In this document: one piece after another, positions 25,757 through 36,173 of the stretch
Numbering within the stretch: the stretch's first letter is position 1
How the letters are laid out: each line of letters starts with the position of its first letter
IMG/VR virus record: IMGVR_UViG_3300033571_015173
Coordinates: 23,815-87,814 of that record
Strand: one strand, 5' to 3'
DNA from: a virus
DNA length: 64,000 nt
Translations under genes and position numbers: made by a program
Notes under the pieces: model-generated
Told to the model about the DNA's origin: nothing
Seen by the model: the letters and a program-made list of their open reading frames with translations, nothing else
Database searches by the model: none

Positions 25757-26173
25757 ATGTCACATTTTGATGATTTACGATATTTCGCAAAGAGATTCAG
25801 TGACGAATGGACCAAAGAATTTGACAAAAAATTTGACAAGGAGGATGAACTCCAACCCCCTGTAAAGCCAATGTCGTATTACGATGAGCTACGAACTTAT
25901 TTGAGCACACCTAATGAGGAGAACAAAATGGCTAGCGAGAAAAAAGATATTATCTTGGCGGAAAAGATCTATCGGGCGGATTACAGACCTGATGATCCGT
26001 CTAAGTATTCCCGGTTTAATTTAAGTGATGTTCTGCTTTATCGAAGTATTTCAGAAAACCTTGAGAATGAAATCGAGTCTATCGTTAAGCCTGGAGTCAG
26101 TTTGGTTAAGGTCCAGTTCGCGATTACGATTCTTGAGCACATCCCACCAGAGCCAAAAGAAGAAAATTTCTGA
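25757..26173 (+). CDS. hypothetical protein
   Basis: ORF track. Confidence 0.5.
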   Translation: MSHFDDLRYFAKRFSDEWTKEFDKKFDKEDELQPPVKPMSYYDELRTYLSTPNEENKMASEKKDIILAEKIYRADYRPDDPSKYSRFNLSDVLLYRSISENLENEIESIVKPGVSLVKVQFAITILEHIPPEPKEENF

Positions 26174-26298
26174 ATAATCGCTCAACATAAGATAAGGTGA
26201 GGGGGTACATTGCTATCCCCCACTTTATTTTCGTTTGAAAGTGTATTGCGTTTTTTTTCGTGTCATGCTACAATTTTTGTAAATTTGGAGGTTTTATC

Positions 26299-27144
26299 AT
26301 GTCAATTCAGACTGAAAGTGCAACTTTGATGTTGCCGGGATGCTTCCAGCGTACCATTCCTTACCTGGAAACCCTGCCTGAAGTAGAGGAGACTTCGACC
26401 TATCATCCTTTGACCCATATCCAGTTGATCACGCTGATCGAATCAAAGATTCAAACCCTGGATGGTTATGAACTGGTTCCGTATACCTGGAATGCTCCTA
26501 TCGAGGAGTTAAAACCAGAGGACCAGGTGAATGAAGAAGGTGTAAATCGTTTTAAGACTATTACTCAGGACTTTGCAATCGGGACGAATCGAGCAGGGAC
26601 TACATTATTTGGCATTGCTCAACTGCGGGCTACCAACGCTCAGAACCCTCACCAGCATTTGGCGGTAGGGTTTCGTAACTCGACCAACAAGCAATTCGCG
26701 GTCGGGTTTACTTGCGGAGTCAAGACTTTAATTTGCAGCAATCTCTGCATGTCTGGTGACTTTGTTGGGTATGCCAAGCACGTCCACAAGGTTGATTGGA
26801 ATGACTTGATCGATCAAGCATTCGAGGCTGTTCCCCTTCGGTATGCAGATCTGACTGAAAAGATTGAGGGCTTGCGCGAGAAGAAGTTTACTGATTTTGA
26901 CTCCGCAAAAGCCTTTACTCTGGATGGAGTACTCAACAAAGCTATTCCTCCCAATATGGTGCAGGATGTCTGGAAGTACTATATTGAGCCGACTCATGAA
27001 GAGTTTGCCTCTGATGGTTGGACTCAATACCGTCTCTTACAAGCACTGACGGAAGCCTACAAGAAGGAGAACTCAGTGTCTCAGTACTTACAGCAAACCA
27101 TTTCCATGAACCGAATGTTCGGGTTTATGCCCAAAGAAATGTGA
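26299..27144 (+). CDS. DUF932-like protein
   Basis: GFRNS...G...LICSNL and H motifs; SD GGAGG. Confidence 0.65.
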   Translation: MSIQTESATLMLPGCFQRTIPYLETLPEVEETSTYHPLTHIQLITLIESKIQTLDGYELVPYTWNAPIEELKPEDQVNEEGVNRFKTITQDFAIGTNRAGTTLFGIAQLRATNAQNPHQHLAVGFRNSTNKQFAVGFTCGVKTLICSNLCMSGDFVGYAKHVHKVDWNDLIDQAFEAVPLRYADLTEKIEGLREKKFTDFDSAKAFTLDGVLNKAIPPNMVQDVWKYYIEPTHEEFASDGWTQYRLLQALTEAYKKENSVSQYLQQTISMNRMFGFMPKEM

Positions 27145-27163
27145 TTAATAGATAGAGGCATTT

Positions 27164-27187
27164 CCAATCCTGGGGCCTCTATCTTCG
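27164..27187 (+). promoter_or_regulatory. conserved phage motif copy 7
   Basis: CCAATCCTGGGGCCTCTATCTTCG, 34 nt before ATG 27222. Confidence 0.55.
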
Positions 27188-27221
27188 ATTTGTCAAAATG
27201 CAAATACCTGAGGCTAGTATT

Positions 27222-28295
27222 ATGGTTGCAAAGAAAGAGAACCCAGCTATCGAAGTGGAAGTGATGACCGAACGCAGTTATCAGTCTCCGGTTTCCGAGG
27301 AGGTCAAGCAGTTAATGATGCACCCCGCTATGACTAGTGCTACAACTACTGTTGCACTAGGGCAGATGATTGCTATCAACACCAAGCCCGCTCCCTATCA
27401 TGGATATTTCCTGAAGGCGACAGATGCAGCACTTTCTGGCTGGGTATCTGAATATCAGCCGAACTACACACATCAATTCGCTGGACGAGCGGGACAGCCT
27501 GGTAAGAAGGAACTGGGATACCTATTTCATGGGCTGGCAGATGATACTCTTGGGATTTCAGCCGACAAGTTCCCAGCTCCAATGATCCAAGTGCTGGGCC
27601 ATATTGGACCTTTCATTGAGATTCAAAGAGGCAATGCAAAAGAATGGGCTCCTCCCATCGGATTAGATGGCAAGCCCTTGACCGGAAAAGACGGGATCGA
27701 GATTCGTCCTGGTGACTGGGTTGGCGAATATCAGTTGGGAGGAAAGAATCCTCTCTATGACTATATCAAGAAGCAGGGTATGGCTTCCTTGCGATCTGTT
27801 TATTGGATCTTCCTGTGGGAGAGAGTCAATGGCAAACTGCAGCCAATGCACAGACTGCCCCTAACTCTTCCAATTCATGGATCTGCTGCTCGCTCGCTGG
27901 GTATGAGCTTAGTGCAATTTCGTAGCCAGTGTGCTACGTTATTTGCCACTCTAACTGAGCAGCCAGTGAAGACGAACTGGAGCGACCAGTTCTATGCTAA
28001 TTTCCTGTTCATTCCGGTACTTCACCCGGAAGATCAAGGTGAAGGCAAAACCAGTCTCTGTACCTGCATTCAAAGCTTCAGTATTATCCCGATGCTAAAC
28101 GAAGAGCAGATTTCGGCTACTCAATTCTTTTATGCACAAGGACAGCTAGATTCCCTTATGGGATCCTTTGCGGAAAAGTCGGACTTTCACCGCATCATTG
28201 CACTACCCCCTGCCTCAATTGAGGCGACAATTGAAGGGGACATGGGCGATGAATTTCCTACAGCTCCCTTGATGCTAGAGGGTACGGTAGAATAA
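27222..28295 (+). CDS. DUF5895-like cyanobacterial/phage protein (possible ssDNA-binding or recombination protein)
   Basis: RSVYWIFL...PMHRLPLTL..HG motif; lies between DUF932 and the exonuclease. Confidence 0.35.
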   Translation: MVAKKENPAIEVEVMTERSYQSPVSEEVKQLMMHPAMTSATTTVALGQMIAINTKPAPYHGYFLKATDAALSGWVSEYQPNYTHQFAGRAGQPGKKELGYLFHGLADDTLGISADKFPAPMIQVLGHIGPFIEIQRGNAKEWAPPIGLDGKPLTGKDGIEIRPGDWVGEYQLGGKNPLYDYIKKQGMASLRSVYWIFLWERVNGKLQPMHRLPLTLPIHGSAARSLGMSLVQFRSQCATLFATLTEQPVKTNWSDQFYANFLFIPVLHPEDQGEGKTSLCTCIQSFSIIPMLNEEQISATQFFYAQGQLDSLMGSFAEKSDFHRIIALPPASIEATIEGDMGDEFPTAPLMLEGTVE

Positions 28296-28680
28296 AGCGG
28301 TACATGTGATTCTCCTTGAGGATGGGTGACTAAATCGCAAGAAATAGTCACCCTTTTTTGTCTATCAATCATCATGAAATCATTAGAAGAAATCGCAATA
28401 ATTACAATCGATCGATGTTGGTTAATCATCGAAGAGTATTCACAAGAGCTAGATTTATTGCCTCCCGAAGATTCCACTTTTATTTGGGGGACTGCGGAAT
28501 TATTTGGAGGGTATCTCTCAAATATGATCCAAGGAAGATGCTCATTAGCTGAGTCAATCGAATTTGATCTGAATGATTGTGTGATGACTCGGCTCAGAGA
28601 TGTCAAGACCATCTGGAAAAAATGTAGGGCTCTAAGAAGTGGATAAATGCTAGAATATCAACAGTTTACTACTGTTGATC

Positions 28681-29706
28681 ATGCCTAGCAAATTACCAAA
28701 ACCTAGAATTGGACGAATCTATGATACCCCTTGGGGACCAAGAGCTTCTGTCACCTCAATCATTGAAGCGACAGCCCCAGTTAGTGAGAGGGCGGCCCTG
28801 GAGAAGTGGGCGGAAAAGCAGAAGAAAAGAGGAAAGCCTACTTCTGCAAAGGACGCTCAAGAGAGAGGGACTGCAGTTCACGCTTTAAGAGTTTTATATC
28901 TTGAGGCGAAAGAGAGAGGGGACTCAACTGACATCATGGATCTAATTGCGTTGCTAAAAATAGCAGATAAAGGCGCAGATTTTATCCAAGAAGTCTATGA
29001 TCTTTTTGTTCAGCTGGTTCCGTATTATGACAACTACGGAGATATTTTCTGGTTAGAAAAGCCAACAGCCCATCTACTTAGGATAGAGCCTGGAGCAAAG
29101 AAATATCTCAGCAAAGATGAGAATGGAGAAGAGAGAGGCTTCCTTTCGCATCCTGATTTTGCTTACGCTGGATGCCCCGATGATATTGTCGTGCTCAACT
29201 ATAAAGGAGAGCCAACAATTACCTTGAATGATCTTAAGACTTCTAAGCGTGCCTATAGAAGAGATAGACCACAACGACCAATGAATGGGGTCTATGCAGA
29301 TGCAAAGAAAGAACTGACTTTAATTACGAATGCTTTGCAAGAGGCAAAGGAAAAAGAAGGGATTGGGTTTTTCACAGAAGAAGAATTAGAAGCGGCTACT
29401 GCATTACATGCCGGAAAAGCGATGAAAGAAGTGAAGGCTTATAGAGAAGCTTCTGCAGGTCATCACTCTTTCAAGAAGTGCTGTATGCAGATTGCTGCTT
29501 ATCGTCCACTAGCAGAAGCTTGCCTGGGAATCAAAATTCCTAAGCTAGCTATCACTGTCACCAGTCCAGGAAGAAAACAGTTTTTCCAGCTTTCTCCCAG
29601 AGAGATGGTAACTGCTGAAGTCGAGTGGAATAAAAGATTAGAACAATTTGTGGGAGAATACAGTGACGGATTACAGAACTTCGCTAGAACTACAACAACT
29701 TCTTAA
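28681..29706 (+). CDS. PD-(D/E)XK exonuclease
   Basis: SVTSII, RGTAVH, YAGCPD, NDLKTS and MQIAAY motifs. Confidence 0.8.
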   Translation: MPSKLPKPRIGRIYDTPWGPRASVTSIIEATAPVSERAALEKWAEKQKKRGKPTSAKDAQERGTAVHALRVLYLEAKERGDSTDIMDLIALLKIADKGADFIQEVYDLFVQLVPYYDNYGDIFWLEKPTAHLLRIEPGAKKYLSKDENGEERGFLSHPDFAYAGCPDDIVVLNYKGEPTITLNDLKTSKRAYRRDRPQRPMNGVYADAKKELTLITNALQEAKEKEGIGFFTEEELEAATALHAGKAMKEVKAYREASAGHHSFKKCCMQIAAYRPLAEACLGIKIPKLAITVTSPGRKQFFQLSPREMVTAEVEWNKRLEQFVGEYSDGLQNFARTTTTS

Positions 29707-30073
29707 GACATTATCTCCATCTGATATGAAGTTGTATCAGCATTTGCTAGAGCTTTATAGCCCGAGTGAGCTTATAAAAGCTCATAAGATAAAGAAGAAG
29801 CTGTCAGACATCGACGGGATTGACAAGGTTTCAGCTCAGTATCGATACTGGCGAGCTTTAGAGATGAATCCAAAAGAGACAATGGAGATCGATGGTAAAG
29901 AGATTCCAGTTTGGCAGGAGTCGGAAGGTTTTCTTCCTGGATGGAGTCTCGACAAAGCTCGGGTAACAGCTCACATTCATCGGAAGACGATAGAAGCAGC
30001 TTTGAAGATCCAAAAGCACCATGACCCTGACTTCCAGATGACCATCCTTCGGTATTTTCCAGATATTCCCTAG
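29648..30073 (+). CDS. hypothetical protein
   Basis: ORF track. Confidence 0.5.
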   Translation: MWENTVTDYRTSLELQQLLKTLSPSDMKLYQHLLELYSPSELIKAHKIKKKLSDIDGIDKVSAQYRYWRALEMNPKETMEIDGKEIPVWQESEGFLPGWSLDKARVTAHIHRKTIEAALKIQKHHDPDFQMTILRYFPDIP

Positions 30074-30276
30074 TCAGAAAATTCTTGTTTTTCTGACGGT
30101 GTAAGAGTATCATGGGAGAACAAAAACAAAGAAGCCAGTGGGGACTGGCTTCTAGCGGGGTACAGGTGTGCGCGATTCGGATTTTTCTGCTCGGACAAAT
30201 CCTGAGTGCCTGATTGATCAGGGACTACAATCTAGCATACACTACCTCTCCAAAACTTGCAAATCTGGAGAAGGAC

Positions 30277-33200
30277 ATGGTAGTAGAGGTTTATGCGCCA
30301 GTTGCTATTAGAGGCTTTGCGTTTGAAGTCAACAGATATGTCAGGAACAAGCAAGTTCTAGTCGATTCAGAATTCCCTCATGTGATTCTGAATTCCAGCT
30401 ACACTCGGATTGAAGGGACAATTCATGATGTAGCGAGGGAGATCCAGCAAGGACATGCAATCTGTGGATCTCTTTTGAAGCAAGGGGGCAGAGCAAAGAA
30501 GACTGATTACTTCGATGGGATTAACTGGCTAGTTATTGATATAGATAACAAGACCCCCGGAAGAAAGAAAGGCGAGAAAACAGAGATCTATGATCGTAAT
30601 CACTCAAGACATGTTTCCATTGCGGGTGTTCTTCAAAACCCATTCGTCAGATCTTATGCCTCTCTGATCTACACTACCCCTTCTCATGATCCACAGGAAA
30701 CGGGAAGAGATTGCTTCCGTATTATTTTTTGCCTTTCAAGGCTGATTGAAGATCAGAAATTAGCGTCAAAGTTAATTGTCAATCTTCAAAACTTTTTGAT
30801 TAATGAGGGATTCGATCTGGATGTGGTTTGTAAGGATCCATCCAGACTTTTTTATGGGAATGATCAAGCCATCATCCCATTAATCCAGGATGTGGGATTG
30901 CCAGAATTCTTCATCGATGCTGCAATTAAACAGCTTGAAGAAGAAGCTAAGATCGACTATGAGGCCAGAAGTCGCAAGCCCATATTCCATGAAAGATCTA
31001 CAGATGGAATAGCATTTGAGCACCTCCCAGAGATTGAGCTGGTTCAGTATATTGAGCAAGCTCTGAATTGGGTTAATGCTGATTCATACGATACCTGGTT
31101 TCGTATTGGTGCAGCACTAAAGTCTGCGGAACAGAAACTAGGATCATTGGCTTTCCAGTTGTGGGATGATTGGTCGAAAAGCTGTCCATCGAAGTATGAT
31201 GCTGCAGCAACTCGAAGAAAGTGGGATCAATTAAATAGCTCGGGAATCACCTTAGGTACTCTCTTTTTCTTTGCAACTAATGCAGGGATGGAGAAGACAG
31301 GACTTAAACAGTTCCTGCGCAATCAACGATTCCAAAGTAATCAGATTGCTAGACCGCAAAGAAATAGAGCTCACTTCCAAAGTCTGATTACAAAGATTCC
31401 CGAAGTGATTTCTTTTTTGCAGGATGACACTTTAGGTGTTGCATACGAAAAGCTAACTGATGCTAATGATGATTTCTTCATTTTTCCCTCCAGTACAAGA
31501 TCAGCCTTTGGAGTTTATTATCCCCACCCCACCGGCGACACCCCTCTTAAGCGGGTCAAGCTAGTTAAAGCTGACCCCAGCTCCAGATGGAAGAGTGTAG
31601 ATTCCACTACTTCCTTGGTTCCATATTATCTTTCTGAGGCTCTTGCTGCGATAGAAAGCGCAAGGAATAATGGATCGAATGTTAATTCGATTCTGGTAGT
31701 AGAAGAACCGGAAGTGGCAGCATTACTAATTAAGTATTGTCACACTCCGGTTATTTCTTTGAGTGAGCCCGGTCGTGTGGATTGGATCAGGCTTGCAGTT
31801 ATGTTGAAAGAAAAGAATCTGTTCCCTGTGTTTATTCCAGGTGATTTTAAGTCTCGCGATACCGTGAGGCTTGATGAGAGACTGGAAAAAATCCGTTCTG
31901 AATTTCACGGGCAAGAATGGCCATTTCTTTATTTGCCATTCAAATCAAGTAACTTCAAAGCAATGAAAGATGATGAACTATCAGAAGACTCAGAAAGTGT
32001 TGAATTGCCTTTTGGGGATGATCCCGTGGCAGATGCCTGGGGTCATATCGGCGGAGCTGCTGCAACTGCCAGTCAAGAGTACATTCAATCGTTAGAAAGT
32101 TCACTCACTGCCTCTATTAGTACCCCAAGAGGGGGACATCCCGAGCTACCCAAGAAGACTGTTGCCTATGCCGCAGATATTAAGGAGCTCTGTGAATCTT
32201 ATCTAAGATGGGATTCCGCAACTAGGCAGTGGATGGGCTATGACTGGAAGAAGCCTAATCAATGGGCTCCTGTTAGCTCCGAAACAGTGATGCGGGAAGT
32301 TATTTCTTCTCATCTTGAAAATCTAGGAATCGAACTTAGTTTGAATTCAATGGAGCAGATTGCTTCTATCCTCAAATACAAGCTAGAAGATCGGAACTGG
32401 AATACCTTTGGAGTATATATTCCTTTTGCAAATGGGGTATATGACAAGGATGCAAACACTTTTCTGAGCCACTCCCCAAGACATAAGCTAGTGTGGCAGA
32501 TGCCACATGAATTTACCCCTTCTGACAAAACAAGAGAAGAGCTAATTCAAGACTGTCGCATCATTTGGGATTGGCTGGTTGAAAGTGTTCAGAATGTGGA
32601 AGTAGCCGTTCTTATGCTGGCTTATCTGGCAGCTATTATTCGCAACTATACTGAACTTCAAAAGTTCATGATGTGTGTTGGCAGGCCAGGGTCAGGGAAA
32701 GGAACCTTTCTTAGATTAGCAGCGGCTCTAGTTGGGAAGGGCAACTCTTGCTCAACCACACTATCGGATTTATCGAGCAATCGATTTACGATGGCGAAGT
32801 TGATCAAGGTTCCTCTCATTCTGATTGGAGAAGCTCAAAACTGGATTCACGATGTAACGGTACTCAAAGCCTTAACAGGCCAAGATGTGAATTCAGTTGA
32901 GGTTAAAGGAGTTCAGCAAACCCCTGAGGATGATCAAGCGGCTAGCGGTCTAATCCTAATGGCTGGAGAAAGGATTCCAGCTACAAAGGATACAGGTGGT
33001 CTGCAGAGAAGGCAGATTGTAGTTAACTTCAAGCACAATCCCAACATCGGGCCAGTCAGAGACTTAATAACTATAGGTCCGAATGGAGGGATTACTGGGG
33101 AGTTTGCTCCATTTATTCCTGCTTTTTTTAATTTGATCCTGTCATTTACTAAGGAGGAGATTTTCTATTTGATTAAGAATGCCTCTAAAATCCTTCCTGA

Positions 33201-33690
33201 AGTTGGTCAGGCTGGCAAGGACGCTATCTTATCTGGTAGTTCTCTTATGCAGTGGATTGAAGCCTGTGTCTACTATGTTGAAGACGGAGATCAATTTGAA
33301 GTTCCTGAAACACAAGTAGGAAACCTGAGGAAGAATCAGGGAGAGTTTGTCAATCCTAGATCTTGGCTATATGCCAATTACAGAGCATATTGCGATAGAT
33401 CTGCGATCACTGCCCCACTTGGGTTGGCTCACTTCGCTAATGAAGTAGATCATGTCTTTAATAGTCAACTAGGACTGAAGGTAGAGTTTCTAGATCGGCC
33501 TAAGAGAGTTAAGGGGATAGGGCTAAGAGCCTTTGATGAAGACTGGGAGCAGGAACTGGAGACAACAAGCTATCCTAGAGTGGTTACTGAAATCTATACT
33601 AATACTCTAGAAGAACGTGATGGGGTTGAAAGTTCTTGCAATCCATTCCCGGACTTTGCAATTCTCTATCCCAACGGACTGCCTTATTAG
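30277..33690 (+). CDS. primase-helicase (AEP-type primase, PriCT-2, D5-N, SF3 helicase)
   Basis: IDIDN and YTTPSH primase motifs; WFRIGAALK...WDDWS...KYD...KWD PriCT-2; IPFANG; Walker A GRPGSGKGT; LKALTGQD. Confidence 0.88.
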   Translation: MVVEVYAPVAIRGFAFEVNRYVRNKQVLVDSEFPHVILNSSYTRIEGTIHDVAREIQQGHAICGSLLKQGGRAKKTDYFDGINWLVIDIDNKTPGRKKGEKTEIYDRNHSRHVSIAGVLQNPFVRSYASLIYTTPSHDPQETGRDCFRIIFCLSRLIEDQKLASKLIVNLQNFLINEGFDLDVVCKDPSRLFYGNDQAIIPLIQDVGLPEFFIDAAIKQLEEEAKIDYEARSRKPIFHERSTDGIAFEHLPEIELVQYIEQALNWVNADSYDTWFRIGAALKSAEQKLGSLAFQLWDDWSKSCPSKYDAAATRRKWDQLNSSGITLGTLFFFATNAGMEKTGLKQFLRNQRFQSNQIARPQRNRAHFQSLITKIPEVISFLQDDTLGVAYEKLTDANDDFFIFPSSTRSAFGVYYPHPTGDTPLKRVKLVKADPSSRWKSVDSTTSLVPYYLSEALAAIESARNNGSNVNSILVVEEPEVAALLIKYCHTPVISLSEPGRVDWIRLAVMLKEKNLFPVFIPGDFKSRDTVRLDERLEKIRSEFHGQEWPFLYLPFKSSNFKAMKDDELSEDSESVELPFGDDPVADAWGHIGGAAATASQEYIQSLESSLTASISTPRGGHPELPKKTVAYAADIKELCESYLRWDSATRQWMGYDWKKPNQWAPVSSETVMREVISSHLENLGIELSLNSMEQIASILKYKLEDRNWNTFGVYIPFANGVYDKDANTFLSHSPRHKLVWQMPHEFTPSDKTREELIQDCRIIWDWLVESVQNVEVAVLMLAYLAAIIRNYTELQKFMMCVGRPGSGKGTFLRLAAALVGKGNSCSTTLSDLSSNRFTMAKLIKVPLILIGEAQNWIHDVTVLKALTGQDVNSVEVKGVQQTPEDDQAASGLILMAGERIPATKDTGGLQRRQIVVNFKHNPNIGPVRDLITIGPNGGITGEFAPFIPAFFNLILSFTKEEIFYLIKNASKILPEVGQAGKDAILSGSSLMQWIEACVYYVEDGDQFEVPETQVGNLRKNQGEFVNPRSWLYANYRAYCDRSAITAPLGLAHFANEVDHVFNSQLGLKVEFLDRPKRVKGIGLRAFDEDWEQELETTSYPRVVTEIYTNTLEERDGVESSCNPFPDFAILYPNGLPY

Positions 33691-33751
33691 CTCACAAGAA
33701 TCAACAAGACCCCCAGCACTCCTGGGGGTTCATAGTATTGAGGGTTTTAGT

Positions 33752-34081
33752 ATGGATTTAGAAGTTGGTACTCCCGTCTTAGTTGCAGGAGAGACTTGGT
33801 TTGCCGGAAGGAAGTATACAATGCTGGGCTTCATTGTTGCTTTCCTTCCTAAGGGTTCATCACCCTCTGAGATTTATCCTGCTTGTGACTGTCTTGCCTA
33901 TTCTCAGTTGAATGGTGTTCCGGTCCCAGATGATCGCTATCTGATCGAGTATAGGTGGGGGCCAGAAAGGAATGCAGGAAGCCTCAGTTACTCTGCCTTG
34001 AGGACTGATATGTTCAGGGTGCTGACACTAGAAGAAGCTAGCCAAAGAAAAGATGTTCTAGAGTATATAAAGGAGGGTTGA
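33752..34081 (+). CDS. hypothetical protein
   Basis: SD GAGG before ATG 33752. Confidence 0.55.
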   Translation: MDLEVGTPVLVAGETWFAGRKYTMLGFIVAFLPKGSSPSEIYPACDCLAYSQLNGVPVPDDRYLIEYRWGPERNAGSLSYSALRTDMFRVLTLEEASQRKDVLEYIKEG

Positions 34082-34302
34082 ATGAGTATTCCTTCACTAC
34101 ATGACTTAAGAATTATTGTCAGAAAGTCGATTGTTGATTCGGATTTTAAGCAGCCCCAGTATTATTGGGAAATCCTTACTGAAGATGGTCGCAGCTATTC
34201 CAATGTTGGAAAGCTTGTCATCAACAAAGAAGCCTGTCTTAATAAGTCTGAATGTATTGAAGATCTGATTTCATTTTTGAATAGATTTTTTAAGGAGGTC
34301 GA

Positions 34303-34899
34303 ATGATTCCTATTCAACGAACAAATCGAAAGTTGGATGCATGTATAGAAATTCTTCGTGAGGTGATTGATCAACTGAATATTAATGCAATCAACTTTGA
34401 ATCGAATCCCGTCCTTTCTTCCGATCCTAAATTGGGAGCTGACTATGTTCGTCATAAAATTGCTTTTTCTAATCTAGTGAAGGCTCAGTATTCGATTGAC
34501 GTTGCTAAAACAGCAATAGGAAGAATGACATCATCCAAGCCCTCAACAGATGTGCTTCTGATAAACCTGGTTGAAGATTACTGGGTTGCTGTAAATGGGA
34601 CCATTCTTTTCTTTTATTGCGATGAGGTTGTACCTTGCGTGAGACAAGCAGTTAAGAATGCAATCTTATTTGCAGATCCTGAAGCCGAAGTTAGGACTGG
34701 ATTTCTTGATCTAGATGAATATTTTAGTAAGTGGGTCTACATACAAGATACCAGCGGAGACTATGTAGTTAAGGGAACTGATCAAAGGTTTATCACTGAA
34801 TCTATGGTGGTAGAATGGCTGATTGAGGAAATGTGGCCTATGTTGATTGCTTGTATGGATCACGAGGATCCTTCATTATGGGATAAGGAGGATAGCTGA
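34303..34899 (+). CDS. hypothetical protein
   Basis: SD AGGAGG. Confidence 0.65.
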   Translation: MIPIQRTNRKLDACIEILREVIDQLNINAINFESNPVLSSDPKLGADYVRHKIAFSNLVKAQYSIDVAKTAIGRMTSSKPSTDVLLINLVEDYWVAVNGTILFFYCDEVVPCVRQAVKNAILFADPEAEVRTGFLDLDEYFSKWVYIQDTSGDYVVKGTDQRFITESMVVEWLIEEMWPMLIACMDHEDPSLWDKEDS

Positions 34900-35280
34900 A
34901 TGAATGAAGATCAATATACTCAAGAGGACATCCAGAGAATGGGGTATGATCATACCGCCATGTGTTGTCATCTTACCTGGCGTCCTGCGATTGATAAGTA
35001 CTGGGAAGACCTCCCCATTGGTGCCGATGTTCAATGGGAGAATCACGAGAGCCAGATTGAAGAAGTAATTAAGACGGCTGGCTATGAAAGTGAGCAAGGT
35101 GATAGAGATTTCTCCCCCTTTGAATACACAGCGAAGGAGCTTAACGATCTAGACGAGGTGGTTAGCTGGGACCCTTGGGAAGCATTTAATAAGGGAGTTG
35201 CTCAAAACATTGACGAATGGTGGGAAGTTAATAAGGGCTACGTTGCCAATTACTGGGAGGCTAGCATCTTCTTGTCGTGA
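34900..35280 (+). CDS. hypothetical acidic protein
   Basis: SD AGGAGG. Confidence 0.65.
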   Translation: MNEDQYTQEDIQRMGYDHTAMCCHLTWRPAIDKYWEDLPIGADVQWENHESQIEEVIKTAGYESEQGDRDFSPFEYTAKELNDLDEVVSWDPWEAFNKGVAQNIDEWWEVNKGYVANYWEASIFLS

Positions 35281-35539
35281 GTTACTTTGTTGCAAAGCTG
35301 AAGTATGTTCAAGCTCCCCATTTCTATGAAGAAGAAGATCGTCCAACTGGTCAGACTGAGTGGGTTGCAATCTATCAGTATGGCTATCATCCTCGCGCAA
35401 TAGATGCAATGAGGGTTTGCCTTGCAGATATGGACCCAGACTTAGCCGATATTCCTGATAAAAATGTCAGAAAGCATTGGCCATCCTTTAGAAGGAGATT
35501 TGGCTTTAAGATCTGCCGAACCCAGGACTGATCCTTGTC

Positions 35540-35775
35540 ATGACTTTTTTTGACTTTGATTGGCTGAAACCCTTACCCTGCAATGACTTTACTGACTGTT
35601 GAGACTTTTTGACTCCTGGGCAACCTCCTGATTCCTTAACCCCACCTAATAGTCTAGACTCTATGGTTTTCATAGAGGTGAGTCTATGAACGAGGAGTAG
35701 TGATCTGCAGGGGTGCCCGTGGACTGAGAAAGTCATGGAAGTCCTTCAAGTCATTGCAGGACGGGGGTTTCAGCC
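35540..35775. other. long imperfect inverted repeat with converging TGACT/AGTCA iteron-like units; candidate replication origin
   Basis: 35562-35589 and 35748-35775 are reverse complements at 24/28 positions; nested inner stems. Confidence 0.45.
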
Positions 35776-36062
35776 CGACACACTCATAACTGGAGCGTTG
35801 AAAATGGAACCCCGAGTTTTTGGAACTCTTTTGACTACTGATGTTGAATTCCTACAAGGGCTGTTAAGTGTTCTCAGATCGAAATGTCAGGAAGACATAA
35901 AGAAGCTTGATGAAACTAAGAAGGTACATTCTGGCTTTAGAGAGGGAGAGTTTGATACCAGGGCTATGGATGCTCTTGAGAAAACCTACTTTGAACAGTT
36001 GGCCCAGATTCAAAGGATTCGAGAAGATCTTGGAGGGATGGTATCTTATTAGCTCCTCATTT

Positions 36063-36086
36063 TCGATCCACGGGCTTGTACCTACG
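36063..36086 (+). promoter_or_regulatory. conserved phage motif copy 8
   Basis: TCGATCCACGGGCTTGTACCTACG. Confidence 0.5.
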
Positions 36087-36173
36087 GTGTATAATCAAGA
36101 GGTGACTCAATCACAATCCGGGTATGCCCTTAGAGCTTGATCTTTAAGGGCATTTCTTACTTTAGGGGTAACT

